IMG/VR virus record: IMGVR_UViG_3300042259_000159
Strand: one strand, 5' to 3'
From: a virus
DNA length: 64,000 bases
Below, piece after piece: positions 10,240-19,249 of the stretch (the stretch's first letter is position 1; each line of letters starts with the position of its first letter). The translations under genes and the position numbers were made by a program. The notes beneath the pieces are model-generated. The model did not search any database, was not told the DNA's origin, and saw only the letters and a program-made list of their open reading frames with translations.

Positions 10240-10431
10240 ATGAAGATGGGTTTTATGACTATTCTGGGTCTTATCTTTATTACGCTGAAACTTACAGGGC
10301 ATATCCTGTGGTCTTGGTGGTGGGTATTGGCACCTTTCTGGGGTCCAGCAGTAATTGCACTGATTTGCTTGATTTGTTTTGTAGCAAGCAACCTGCTGTT
10401 TAATACGAACAAAGGCAAAAATAGACTTTAA
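10240..10431 (+). CDS. small membrane protein, candidate holin
   Basis: 63 aa, two hydrophobic segments, AGGAGGAG upstream; lies ~800 bp after the endolysin. Confidence 0.4.
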   Translation: MKMGFMTILGLIFITLKLTGHILWSWWWVLAPFWGPAVIALICLICFVASNLLFNTNKGKNRL

Positions 10432-10449
10432 GATTAATTTAAAAACCGC

Positions 10450-10478
10450 TTGACAAAATCAGGCGGTTTTTCTATTGT
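10450..10478 (+). promoter_or_regulatory. sigma70-like promoter (TTGACA-N17-TATTGT) embedded in a hairpin
   Basis: aaccgcTTGACAaaatcaggcggttttt; near-identical element at 16911-16947. Confidence 0.5.
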
Positions 10479-10616
10479 GTTCCTACGGCAACGAGGAAAA
10501 GAACACAAATACGCAACAAACAAAAGGGGAAATAAAGATGAAATGGTTGGAACAGTTTGAACCTATCAGTAACACCACAAATGTAAAAGCAATTTATGAA
10601 GTTGCAGGTATCGTAG

Positions 10617-10889
10617 ATGGTCTTGGGGGATCTTTCTGACGAAACATTCAGTAGCTGGCAGGATGTTTTCAAGAAGTGCACGCCTCTTTATGCAGACTGC
10701 GTAGGAAGGAGTACATATCAGGTTGTCACCTATCTTAGAGAAATTAATGAAATGACCTACCAAGAAGCTGTTTCCTACATGTTACAGGAGATGCTCCCTT
10801 TATTTGGAAAGCCCATCTTCTGGCACAGTAAACATATACAGCTTTGGGATTATCTCTCAAAGCACGGTGTTAGTAAGAAGAAGGCGTAA
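10617..10889 (+). CDS. hypothetical protein; possibly fused to the upstream short ORF 10539-10640 across a G5 tract
   Basis: Two overlapping frames switch at ggggg (10622-10626). Confidence 0.4.
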   Translation: MVLGDLSDETFSSWQDVFKKCTPLYADCVGRSTYQVVTYLREINEMTYQEAVSYMLQEMLPLFGKPIFWHSKHIQLWDYLSKHGVSKKKA

Positions 10890-11067
10890 GGCTCCTATAG
10901 ACTTTTCAAAGAACTAGTTGGGGCATCAACTAGTGGAGTAGGGCATGTCAGACTGGAGAAATCTAGCAATGCCTGTTGATACCAGAATCCCAAGAACTTT
11001 AGCCTTGGGAGTATGTCAAGGACAAGTTGTGAATCGATTTGTTTTTTACAAAAAACACAAATTTCTA

Positions 11068-11096
11068 TTGACAAAACTTCTTAGCTTGGATATGTT
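11068..11096 (+). promoter_or_regulatory. sigma70-like promoter (TTGACA-N17-TATGTT)
   Basis: ctattgacaaaac...gttgtatttaac, paralogous to 5120. Confidence 0.5.
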
Positions 11097-11142
11097 GTAT
11101 TTAACAAAAACATTTTTTACATCAGAAAAAGAGAGAAGATCA

Positions 11143-11298
11143 TGATGTATAAAGAAATGACAATCATGCAGTTTTTGGCAAAACTGGCAAATGCCTCTGG
11201 AGATGAGGCACTTGACCTTGTTGGGGAATGGCAATGTGGAGGTCTTGTTGTTGGTGGAATCAGTCTTGATGATGCTGAAGAATTTGAAGCTAAATAAA
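11143..11298 (+). CDS. small hypothetical protein (51 aa)
   Basis: ATG after GAGAGAAG, downstream of the promoter at 11068. Confidence 0.35.
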
Positions 11299-11324
11299 AC
11301 ACATTTAATAAAAAAGGATTGACA

Positions 11325-11759
11325 ATGACCGAAAACAATTGTACAAAGTTTCTTGCACGTGAGAAGTACGAGGAAGCATGGATTTGCATGATAACAGCAC
11401 TGGAACATATTGAGAGTGCAAAATACCTTATCGGGCTTTGTAACAGTGTGCATGTCGGCGATGCAACCTATAACCTGAATCGTGCCACCGATGATATGCA
11501 AACGGCACACAGTTTCTACAAAGAATTCTTCGATACTCTGACGATTGGTTGTGATGACGAGGATGAACAAAATGTTTATCAAAGTGAGGAAGAAATTAAC
11601 GAGGCACTGTGTGACCTAGACATAATGGGGATAGACAGTAAAACTGTATGCATTTCTTGTTTTTATTGTGGGGGTATTTGCCCCAAAGACCCCGTTAGTT
11701 GCAATCAAGCAACACATTTTTATAAGTTCCTTCACAAGGATACAGGAGAGCGAGCATGA
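11325..11759 (+). CDS. hypothetical protein
   Basis: ATG 7 nt after AAAAAGGA. Confidence 0.5.
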   Translation: MTENNCTKFLAREKYEEAWICMITALEHIESAKYLIGLCNSVHVGDATYNLNRATDDMQTAHSFYKEFFDTLTIGCDDEDEQNVYQSEEEINEALCDLDIMGIDSKTVCISCFYCGGICPKDPVSCNQATHFYKFLHKDTGERA

Positions 11760-12094
11760 ACAAGTGTCAAGAAGAAATCCTTACTTTTGTTGTTGGGGTG
11801 GTTGCGGAGATGGAGCGTGAAACAGGAGCGGATATTTTTGTAAGTTACTCTCCCCACGTGTCTTGCATCAATGTTAATTTCCACGCTAATAAGTGGATAA
11901 GTGGACATGGATCAGATTTTGATGTGGTGTTTTATCTTGATTCTGAAGAGTATGATGATATAGCTGAAAGTTTCCTGTCTCTGGAGAATGCTAGGGATTT
12001 GATTGAAAAGCATCAACAAGATACCCTGCTTAGAAAGCAAAAAGCCATTAAGGAACTTGAAGAGCAGCTTAAACGCCTGAAAGAAGAGCAGTAA
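11756..12094 (+). CDS. hypothetical protein
   Basis: ATGA overlap with upstream gene. Confidence 0.5.
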   Translation: MNKCQEEILTFVVGVVAEMERETGADIFVSYSPHVSCINVNFHANKWISGHGSDFDVVFYLDSEEYDDIAESFLSLENARDLIEKHQQDTLLRKQKAIKELEEQLKRLKEEQ

Positions 12095-12103
12095 GTATTG
12101 AGG

Positions 12104-12128
12104 CCGGAAATAATCCGGCCTTTTTTAC
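12104..12128 (+). terminator. rho-independent terminator
   Basis: GGCCGG-aaataa-TCCGGCC hairpin followed by T6. Confidence 0.6.
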
Positions 12129-12290
12129 GTCTAAATCCAGAGGACTTTTTCATTTTAAAAGGTCTAGAGAGGTTTTTCATTTTGGGAGGTCTAAAGAACA
12201 TTTTCAATTTACAACCAAAAGTAAAAAGTCTAGAGAACATTTTTAATTTGAGGTCTAAAGAGGATTTTCATTTTCAGATTTTTGTATGAA
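12121..12290 (+). repeat. tandem ~27-bp imperfect repeats (GGTCTA[A/G]AGA...TTTTCATTT); first ~90 bp identical to 16694-16782
   Basis: Direct reading; five units here, three in the second copy. Confidence 0.8.
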
Positions 12291-12400
12291 AATGATACTC
12301 ATTATCACCGATAATGGTCGTTGAAAACGACATTCATTATCAACGATATTGATAATCATTTTCAATGATATTGAGTTTCATTATCAATCTAAATAGTAAC
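12290..12400 (+). repeat. cluster of CATTATCAA(C/T)G / TGATAA repeats
   Basis: cattatcaccgataatgg, cattatcaacgatattgataatcatt, cattatcaatc. Confidence 0.7.
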
Positions 12401-12659
12401 TATTACTAATAATAAAAATTGTGCAGGGGCGGTTTATAATGGATCTTAACCATGTGCCGGAATGCCTTTGATTTTTTCCTCGCTGGCAAAGACAGAATAT
12501 TAAAAATGCAAACGGCGGTCAAGCGGAAAATGAAAAAATATTAAAAATATTTTTTCGGCTTGCCATATCATTATATAGACGCTATATCCATCCCATACCA
12601 CAGACAATGAATGGAACGCGGAGGAATGGAGTTTTTATTAAAAATCGTCTGAAAAACAC

Positions 12660-12690
12660 TTGACAGTGATTCCGCTTTGTGTTTAGTTTT
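12660..12690 (+). promoter_or_regulatory. sigma70-like promoter (TTGACA)
   Basis: cacTTGACAgtg upstream of the gene at 12725. Confidence 0.4.
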
Positions 12691-12724
12691 TCACCTACAA
12701 GAACACAAAAAAGAGGTAAAGAAA

Positions 12725-12874
12725 ATGCCAACCATGTATCAATTTGCTAGTGCAACGCCCTACATCATTATTATTGTATCCATGCTGATCTGTGTCGGGA
12801 TCGGATCAACCCTTTCCAGTAAAAAAGATAGTAAGCACGCTTGGAACACAACATACAACGGTAAAAATATCTAG
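12725..12874 (+). CDS. small membrane protein
   Basis: Hydrophobic core PYIIIIVSMLICVGIG; GAGGTAAAG upstream. Confidence 0.45.
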   Translation: MPTMYQFASATPYIIIIVSMLICVGIGSTLSSKKDSKHAWNTTYNGKNI

Positions 12875-12884
12875 GAGGCTAAAA

Positions 12885-13067
12885 ATGTCTGATTTTCTTA
12901 CTCTTTTCAAGAGCATTGCGGCGGAGGTACTGGCCGAAGAGGAAACATCCCGCGCAGCTGCTACTACACTTGACGCTTGGCAATGGGCAACGGATGAAAC
13001 GGACGGATTGCCCGAACAGGTATGCAAACATATAGGTCTGTGGGAGGAACAGGAAAATGAAAGATAA
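12885..13067 (+). CDS. hypothetical protein
   Basis: ATG after AGGAGG. Confidence 0.45.
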   Translation: MSDFLTLFKSIAAEVLAEEETSRAAATTLDAWQWATDETDGLPEQVCKHIGLWEEQENER

Positions 13068-13172
13068 GCAGGTTTTGATTGATCTTGTCACGGCTTGCGG
13101 ATACATTTGCATTCTTTTTGCTATCCTTTATATATGCCTTTTTATACATGCAGCCTAGTCGGGAGGTGTGAA

Positions 13173-13403
13173 ATGCTTTTTTCAGATTTTTGTAGGGCGC
13201 TCCAGTGCACGCCGCTTGCCGGTATCCGGATTATTGAGGAGTGGGCAGAAAAGCACAGTACAGTCACCTGTAAAAATATTGTACCGTTCCGGCCTTGGCG
13301 GGCTGGACAAATATATGTTAATGAATTGTGCCCTGAAATATTTGACACCGTATATAAATGGTTTATCGGCAGGGGGGTAGTAAATAATGAAGACAAAGAG
13401 TGA
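13173..13403 (+). CDS. hypothetical protein
   Basis: ATG after GGGAGGTG. Confidence 0.45.
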   Translation: MLFSDFCRALQCTPLAGIRIIEEWAEKHSTVTCKNIVPFRPWRAGQIYVNELCPEIFDTVYKWFIGRGVVNNEDKE

Positions 13404-13674
13404 AAAAGATTTTTTCATGAAAAACTTTTGTTCCTATGGTTTTACACGCAAAAGCGTTTTGGCACTATATGACGCTGTACAGGAGTGGGAAGGCAAAGAA
13501 CAGGATACATACAATTTAGACGGTATACACGGCTACATACAGGAATGGCTTGCAATTAATCCGCCGGAGGTATTAGCATGCAAAATAACGTTACGCCGTG
13601 CCCGTGCCGATGATATTAACGCCGATCCAGAACAAATAACACTGTGGAGGAGGAATGCCGGTAAAAATACTTAA
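13387..13674 (+). CDS. hypothetical protein
   Basis: ORF track. Confidence 0.4.
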   Translation: MKTKSEKDFFMKNFCSYGFTRKSVLALYDAVQEWEGKEQDTYNLDGIHGYIQEWLAINPPEVLACKITLRRARADDINADPEQITLWRRNAGKNT

Positions 13675-14005
13675 AAATTGCATGGATGGATATAAAGATG
13701 CTATATTTTTTACCGAGGAGGATAAAAACGGCTGGACAGGAAACGAAACATTTAGTATGGAAGCGGAGGAGGTGATTTTCAAAGACTGCTCGCACTTTGT
13801 GGATACCATTATAGGCTATTTACCTATTGATTTTTGTGAATATGATCAACTAGGCTTTGATTTTTGGCTTACACGCAACGGGCAAAACGCTTTTGCAAAG
13901 CGTATAATGCTTTACAATGGTGCAGCAAAAATACTAACACAGGTATCTGAAGTTTTTGGCACTGTTTATGCCTACGCTGAAAATGATGAAATATTTTTGA
14001 AATAA
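13655..14005 (+). CDS. hypothetical protein
   Basis: ORF after GGAGGAATG. Confidence 0.45.
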   Translation: MPVKILKNCMDGYKDAIFFTEEDKNGWTGNETFSMEAEEVIFKDCSHFVDTIIGYLPIDFCEYDQLGFDFWLTRNGQNAFAKRIMLYNGAAKILTQVSEVFGTVYAYAENDEIFLK

Positions 14006-14008
14006 CGC

Positions 14009-14040
14009 TTGACAATGCTAAAAGTACAGATTAGAACAAG
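14009..14040 (+). promoter_or_regulatory. sigma70-like promoter (TTGACA)
   Basis: cgcTTGACAatg upstream of 14064. Confidence 0.4.
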
Positions 14041-14063
14041 ACAAACAACAGCAAAAAAGGAGC

Positions 14064-14660
14064 ATGGAAATGAAAATTATCGAAGCTTTTGAAATGTGGG
14101 AAAATGAAGTGCAGCCCTTCATCGTTGAAAAATACGGTGAAAATGACTTTCCGGCACTTGCGGAAAGCTGGAATGACTTCACAGACATTCTTTGCAAGGA
14201 CGGAGAATTGACGTCCTTGCAGTATCACTATGCACCGGCATATGATGAAGGTATGCCCGACGATGATCTGGAGTACATCCTTGACCAGCTTGGCATTGAG
14301 TTCCATTGCGAGACCATACCTGCACGTACAGACGGGCTTATGTCTGATATGCCTGCCGGTACGCGGCACTTTGAGTGCACATTCTATCAGGGCAACACTC
14401 CGGCTCTTGTTGTGCAGTACTCGCAAGGTCCTGCACACATGGGCATGCCCACTCGCGAGGAGGTTTTGCAAAGCATCATGCAAGATATCGCCTATGCCGA
14501 TTACGATTTTGAGGAGTTTTGCAACGAAATGGGCTACGATACTGACAGCAGGACGGCAGAAAGTATCTATAATGCAGTAGTGGAACAAAACGAAATTGTC
14601 CAAGCCATGTTTACGGCGGATGAAATTGCCGATCTTCAGCAGCTTTTTTACGATTTTTAA
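14064..14660 (+). CDS. hypothetical protein
   Basis: ATG after AAAAGGAG. Confidence 0.5.
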   Translation: MEMKIIEAFEMWENEVQPFIVEKYGENDFPALAESWNDFTDILCKDGELTSLQYHYAPAYDEGMPDDDLEYILDQLGIEFHCETIPARTDGLMSDMPAGTRHFECTFYQGNTPALVVQYSQGPAHMGMPTREEVLQSIMQDIAYADYDFEEFCNEMGYDTDSRTAESIYNAVVEQNEIVQAMFTADEIADLQQLFYDF

Positions 14661-14670
14661 CGAATAGTGC

Positions 14671-14699
14671 TTGACAGGTGCTGTATTAACCTATAATAC
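14671..14699 (+). promoter_or_regulatory. sigma70-like promoter (TTGACA ... TATAAT)
   Basis: gtgcTTGACAggtgctgtattaaccTATAATac. Confidence 0.5.
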
Positions 14700-14738
14700 A
14701 GTACCTACTCAACCACTATTAAAAACGGAGTAAAAGCC

Positions 14739-15323
14739 ATGCGTGAAATTATTACGAAAATTTACCGCTTTGAGGAATTGTCTGAAAAATCCCAAGCCCG
14801 TGCACTTGAAAAATATCGTGACATTTTTGTGTCTGATAGCCTTTGGTATGAGGATTTGCTTGAGGAATACAAGGCATGCCTCGAAAAATGTGGGTTCTAT
14901 GATGCAGAAATACTTTTTTCTGGCTTTTTCTCGCAAGGGGATGGAGCCTGTTTTGACGCACAACACATTGACGTTGCGGAAGTGCTCAATGCAATAATTA
15001 TGACTGATCAGGCATGCATTGACCGCGAATTTATCCGCTTTTACACACTGGCGAATCATGATGCAATCGAGTGCGACATTCTTCAGCGGTCATCCCTTTA
15101 TGTTCATGAGCATACCAGATACATAGGCGCGGATAGCCCGTTTTTGACTGAAATGGAAACAAAACGCCTTGAGGAAATTATTGAAAATTTTCGCCTTGAT
15201 CTGTGCTATACCATATACAACCGCCTTGAGGCGGAGTATCAATATCAGACCAGTGATGAAGTTTTGCGTGAGTTTTTCATTGATATGGAATGCGAGTTCT
15301 ATGAAAGCGGGAAGATGGTATAA
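14739..15323 (+). CDS. hypothetical protein
   Basis: ATG after GGAGTAAAAG. Confidence 0.5.
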   Translation: MREIITKIYRFEELSEKSQARALEKYRDIFVSDSLWYEDLLEEYKACLEKCGFYDAEILFSGFFSQGDGACFDAQHIDVAEVLNAIIMTDQACIDREFIRFYTLANHDAIECDILQRSSLYVHEHTRYIGADSPFLTEMETKRLEEIIENFRLDLCYTIYNRLEAEYQYQTSDEVLREFFIDMECEFYESGKMV

Positions 15324-15383
15324 CTATCAAAAATAGTTAGCAATGTTTGAGAGGAAAGAAAAATAATTTTTTATAAAAACCGC

Positions 15384-15411
15384 TTGACAGGTGTAGGGCA
15401 TATTTGTATGG
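15384..15411 (+). promoter_or_regulatory. sigma70-like promoter (TTGACA-N16-TATGGT)
   Basis: ccgcTTGACAggtgtagggcatatttgTATGGT. Confidence 0.45.
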
Positions 15412-15445
15412 TTGCCCTACAGACAACAAAAAAGGACGGTTAAAA

Positions 15446-15721
15446 ATGACAAAGCTTGAAAAACAGAACGCTAAAAAATGGGATGAAATTTGCAACCTCC
15501 TCCGCGCCCACGGCTATGAAATGGACCGTTATGGCAATATGGTCAAGGGCGAAAAGGGTAGTGCCGTGAGATATAAGAAGATGGCTCGCAATGTGCGCAA
15601 AGAGCGTGATTTTTATACGGAAGGGTATGACGGGAAAATGGAAAGGCTTTGGCGTAAAGTGTGGTCCATACCGCTTAAGCAGCTTGCCATTGTGGATGGA
15701 AAAATAACAAAAAATAAGTGA
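15446..15721 (+). CDS. hypothetical protein
   Basis: ATG after AAAGGACGG. Confidence 0.45.
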   Translation: MTKLEKQNAKKWDEICNLLRAHGYEMDRYGNMVKGEKGSAVRYKKMARNVRKERDFYTEGYDGKMERLWRKVWSIPLKQLAIVDGKITKNK

Positions 15722-15809
15722 TTTGGTGCATTGCGGGGAATCCTGAAAATAATCCTGACAGGATTCCCTGCCCCAGCGTGTCAAAAAACAAAACAGATTG
15801 GAGGATACA

Positions 15810-16037
15810 ATGATAGATGAAAATATCCGCTTCATTAGCATAGAACACGATTATCAGAATAGTGCGGTTCGAAGCTGGTTTAATGTTGACGGTCAGGATT
15901 GGTGTATTCACCTTTCCACTATGACAGGGGAGCGAACTATGCTTGACAGTGAGGGCTATCCAGTTTATCCGCGCAATAGACGTGAAGATGCTATCTGGCG
16001 TAGGCTTTTGCAACACGTATATAGGGAGCAGGTATGA
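15810..16037 (+). CDS. hypothetical protein
   Basis: ATG after GGAGGA. Confidence 0.45.
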   Translation: MIDENIRFISIEHDYQNSAVRSWFNVDGQDWCIHLSTMTGERTMLDSEGYPVYPRNRREDAIWRRLLQHVYREQV

Positions 16038-16291
16038 AAAATATAAAAGCAGTGGATAGAAAAAAGGACCTTTCCACAGGAACCATTGAGTTGATTCATT
16101 GGTTTCAGGATCAAGCGCACTGGCAAAAGGATCCGTGTTTCAATAGGATGTGCATTCATGTCGCTGATTGCCTTGAGTGTGGGACAATTACACCGATGGA
16201 GGGTTATGATATACAGGCATATGTACATCTATACGGATTATTCCCGGAGTGGCCGAAGGCGCGGGCGTCAAACTACTCACATACCATCTAG
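16034..16291 (+). CDS. hypothetical protein
   Basis: ATGA overlap with upstream gene. Confidence 0.45.
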   Translation: MKNIKAVDRKKDLSTGTIELIHWFQDQAHWQKDPCFNRMCIHVADCLECGTITPMEGYDIQAYVHLYGLFPEWPKARASNYSHTI

Positions 16292-16309
16292 TACACCAAG
16301 GAGCATATT

Positions 16310-16639
16310 ATGACCACAGTGAAAAGATTACAGAAGCTGGTTGAAGACATTGCAAGAGACATTGAAAACGGCGTAATTGATTGCGAACCCGTGGACGGTG
16401 AAGAGCCTACGGCATTTGATTACCTACAAAACGCACTTGCTATTGAGTACATTGTCAGCAGCAGGAAAGAATATCTTGGCGCACGCATCATGGTTGCATG
16501 TGGCGGACCTGATATCTGGATTAATACACGCACAAACACTGTGGAAGGCTACTGGGGCTCTAATGCAGCCGTGGCCATGGCCTCGGCATTGTTCCGCCGT
16601 CACGGAAAAGCGCTGGAGGAATTATACTTGTGTAGTTAG
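16310..16639 (+). CDS. hypothetical protein
   Basis: ATG after AAGGAG. Confidence 0.5.
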   Translation: MTTVKRLQKLVEDIARDIENGVIDCEPVDGEEPTAFDYLQNALAIEYIVSSRKEYLGARIMVACGGPDIWINTRTNTVEGYWGSNAAVAMASALFRRHGKALEELYLCS

Positions 16640-16673
16640 GGGCTACGTTAAAATTAGCAAAAACTTCAAAAAA

Positions 16674-16700
16674 GGCGTTGACAAGGTTGACGCCTTTTTT
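16674..16700 (+). terminator. hairpin plus T6, probable terminator
   Basis: ggcgttgacaaggttgacgcc followed by tttttt. Confidence 0.45.
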
Positions 16701-16782
16701 ACGTCTAAATCCAGAGGACTTTTTCATTTTAAAAGGTCTAGAGAGGTTTTTCATTTTGGGAGGTCTAAAGAACATTTTCAAT
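16694..16782 (+). repeat. second copy of the ~90-bp tandem-repeat element
   Basis: Identical to 12121-12209. Confidence 0.8.
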
Positions 16783-16918
16783 CCGATGCAGCCTTTGCCG
16801 CGTATAGCCGTGACCGCATTGGTTTGGATGGAGAACTGGAGGGATTGTATGCGTGTAAGCCTCCGCTAACACACATAAGGCTGCTTACAGTAAAAATAGA
16901 AAAACTATTCAAAACCGC

Positions 16919-16947
16919 TTGACAAAACCGGGCGGTTCTTCTATTGT
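16919..16947 (+). promoter_or_regulatory. sigma70-like promoter (TTGACA-N17-TATTGT) in a hairpin
   Basis: accgcTTGACAaaaccgggcggttcttcTATTGT; paralog of 10450. Confidence 0.5.
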
Positions 16948-16988
16948 GTTCCTAACGAACACAAACACTCAACAAAGAGAGGTAAAGA

Positions 16989-17333
16989 ATGTTTCCTATC
17001 AAGATGAATGTCAAGCATTTTTATGCCGCCAGAAAAGCGTTCCTGCATGCATTTATGCGCCACAACAACCCCGACAGTATATTCGACGAGACAGATTGCG
17101 CGATCAATGCCGTAAATCGTGAAAGAATCTATAAAAAAAGAGAAAAGGACGCGTTTGTTGTTGGATTTCTTGCGTTTTTGTCTGATATTGACAATATCAA
17201 AGAGCTGTACAGACAGCACGGGGAAGATGCTGTTATGAAGACTTGGCTAGTAGACAAAAAACTGGTGCTTACCGGTGACGAAGATATGATAGACGATGTT
17301 CTGTATAGGGTAGGGCTCAAGGTAGCTAAATAA
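16989..17333 (+). CDS. hypothetical protein
   Basis: ATG after GAGAGGTAAAG. Confidence 0.5.
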   Translation: MFPIKMNVKHFYAARKAFLHAFMRHNNPDSIFDETDCAINAVNRERIYKKREKDAFVVGFLAFLSDIDNIKELYRQHGEDAVMKTWLVDKKLVLTGDEDMIDDVLYRVGLKVAK

Positions 17334-17574
17334 TCAAAAAACCTCAAAACAACATAAATAACAGGAGCACACTATAACTGACCGCACATTCTTTATCCAC
17401 CTTATATCCGGCCACGTTGCTACGCTCGAAGAGTGGAGGGCAGACTATAAGTCAATGGATGCAGAACTATGGCACGGCAAGCCCGCTGAAGAGTGCAACC
17501 CTGATGAATGGCTTAAAGACGGCCTCCTTGAGGAATATGAAGCGGATCCCAACGAATAAAGCAGTTACACCACA

Positions 17575-17600
17575 GAGGCACCTATGAGGTGCCTCTTCTT
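17575..17600 (+). terminator. rho-independent terminator
   Basis: Perfect 8-bp stem gaggcacc/ggtgcctc, loop tatga, then ttctt. Confidence 0.55.
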
Positions 17601-17949
17601 ATGCCTACTAGCGCCGTTATCAGGGTAACGGCAGGAATCAGCGGGAAACATGTATATAAGGAAAGAAAAACTAAAAGATAACCTAGGACATACGTAAGAG
17701 GTAAAAAGCATTAGAAGGCGCATAAGGGGCACTAAATATGCCCCTTATTTGTTTGTGTGTCTAATAGGCTTTGTGTGTGCAAAAAGGCTTGTATAGCGGC
17801 TTTATCATGGAAGCCGCGCATACAGGCAAGGCTTTTAGCACTATATATGCACAGATACGGTGTATCCGTGAATATGGTTAATAATCTCTAAATACCTGCC
17901 CGAAAGATATGAAATATCTTGAGGGGGGAAACACACAATAATCCTCCTG

Positions 17950-18240
17950 TCAAGTGTTACTGATTTTGAATATCATTATCAATGGAGATATTGTCATTGA
18001 ACAGCATAACGCTGTTATACACACGGATCAATTAATTCCCATCGATCAGCATTTCGCTGGTGCTGCTGGAATCAACACTTGTTGAGATAATGACATCCAT
18101 TATCAATGCTGTTCAATGGCCGTTTTCAACGGCAATGTTTCACGTGAAACATTCCTGATCAGAATACTGGCAAGAAACATTGATAACGACAATCTTTATC
18201 AACGTATCTGGCGATCCTTTCAGGTTAACACAAATCTGGA
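17950..18240. repeat. TTATCAA(T/C)G repeat cluster with dyad symmetry (cattgaacagcat / atgctgttcaatg)
   Basis: Direct reading; non-coding. Confidence 0.7.
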
Positions 18241-18279
18241 AGAAAGTAAAGTAATATAAATTTTAATAAGGGGTTGACA

Positions 18280-18960
18280 TCTTCCTGATATTTTGATATT
18301 ATAGAAAGAGAGGCGTATGGGGAGGGGGGAGGCCTTAAGCACCGGTATACTTATATACCAAGTACCCCTATAGGTTCATGCCGGATATTTGCCCAAGTAC
18401 CCCTATAATGGTATACCGATATACTTATACACACCATATCTGCACACAGAAGGTATAGGGGGATATTTCCTGCTAGGATATTTCCACACAAAAAGGGGGA
18501 GTATATGGGAGGGATATTCCTGAAGGGAATAGATATTTTAGACAGGTATATATATATTATCTCTATGCTATATATACTCTATATATGTATATTCCATATA
18601 TACATATTTCTTCTTATTCTATTCTTCTATTTCTACTAATGAGATATATACATATTAGGACAGCATATGCATGTGTCTACATCACATGTAGACACATATA
18701 TACACATTCCCTTTCCTAACGGACAGCCGTATTATAACATATTTTTTGGATTTTGTCAAGAACTTTTTTGTATTTCACATGGAAAATATTTCATACCGGC
18801 TATTCCTTTTGGGAATAGCCTATTCCATTTTGGAATAACCATTCCTAGGGGAATAGCCTGTTCCCAGAGGGAACAGACATACCCGAAGGGAATAGATATG
18901 CCCATTGGAAATAGCAAAAGCCCACACACCTGTAAAGATATGTGGGCTGATAACATTAAC
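18280..18960. repeat. iteron-like array (TTCC-N5-GGAATAG units) plus TA-rich low-complexity repeats
   Basis: At least 6 units such as ttccttttgggaatagcc, ttccattttggaataacc, ttcctaggggaatagcc; aagtacccctata twice. Confidence 0.7.
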
Positions 18961-19018
18961 AGTGTTAATAACATTAGCGAAGCTAATAATATTTTATCCT
19001 ATCAATCAATACCTGTAG

Positions 19019-19249
19019 CTACGTGATCGAGGCAGAGCACCTGTGGTCGAGGTAGAACACCTTGCCAATGCAGAAGGTATGCCCTTCCTTCATAATGCGG
19101 AATGTTGCTTGCATGGGCACATTTACCTCCACTACCCACTGGATGCCTTGTTCAGGCCAGAAACTCAAGCTGCCGTTAAACTCAAAAGGCTTTGCTTCAC
19201 AACCCTTCACAGCGGTATTTATCTCTTCCATACCATCTTCACCAGTCAT
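19019..19249 (-). CDS. hypothetical protein
   Basis: ATGA overlap with the methyltransferase stop. Confidence 0.4.
   Translation of the reverse strand: MTGEDGMEEINTAVKGCEAKPFEFNGSLSFWPEQGIQWVVEVNVPMQATFRIMKEGHTFCIGKVFYLDHRCSASIT

Noticed and set aside
12121-12290. CRISPR array
   Set aside because: The ~27-bp units are imperfect and directly contiguous with no unique spacers between them.
16377-16922. 181-aa ORF on the plus strand
   Set aside because: It spans a terminator hairpin, the 90-bp repeat element and a promoter, and has no RBS; it reads as a chance ORF in an intergenic region.
17340-19020. Integrase, repressor or other lysogeny module
   Set aside because: No tyrosine or serine recombinase or CI-like repressor was recognisable anywhere in the window; the region is treated as origin or regulatory repeats.
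18667-19026. 119-aa ORF inside the repeat region
   Set aside because: Lies entirely within low-complexity and iteron-like repeats, with no RBS and an unusual His/Pro/Ile-rich composition.
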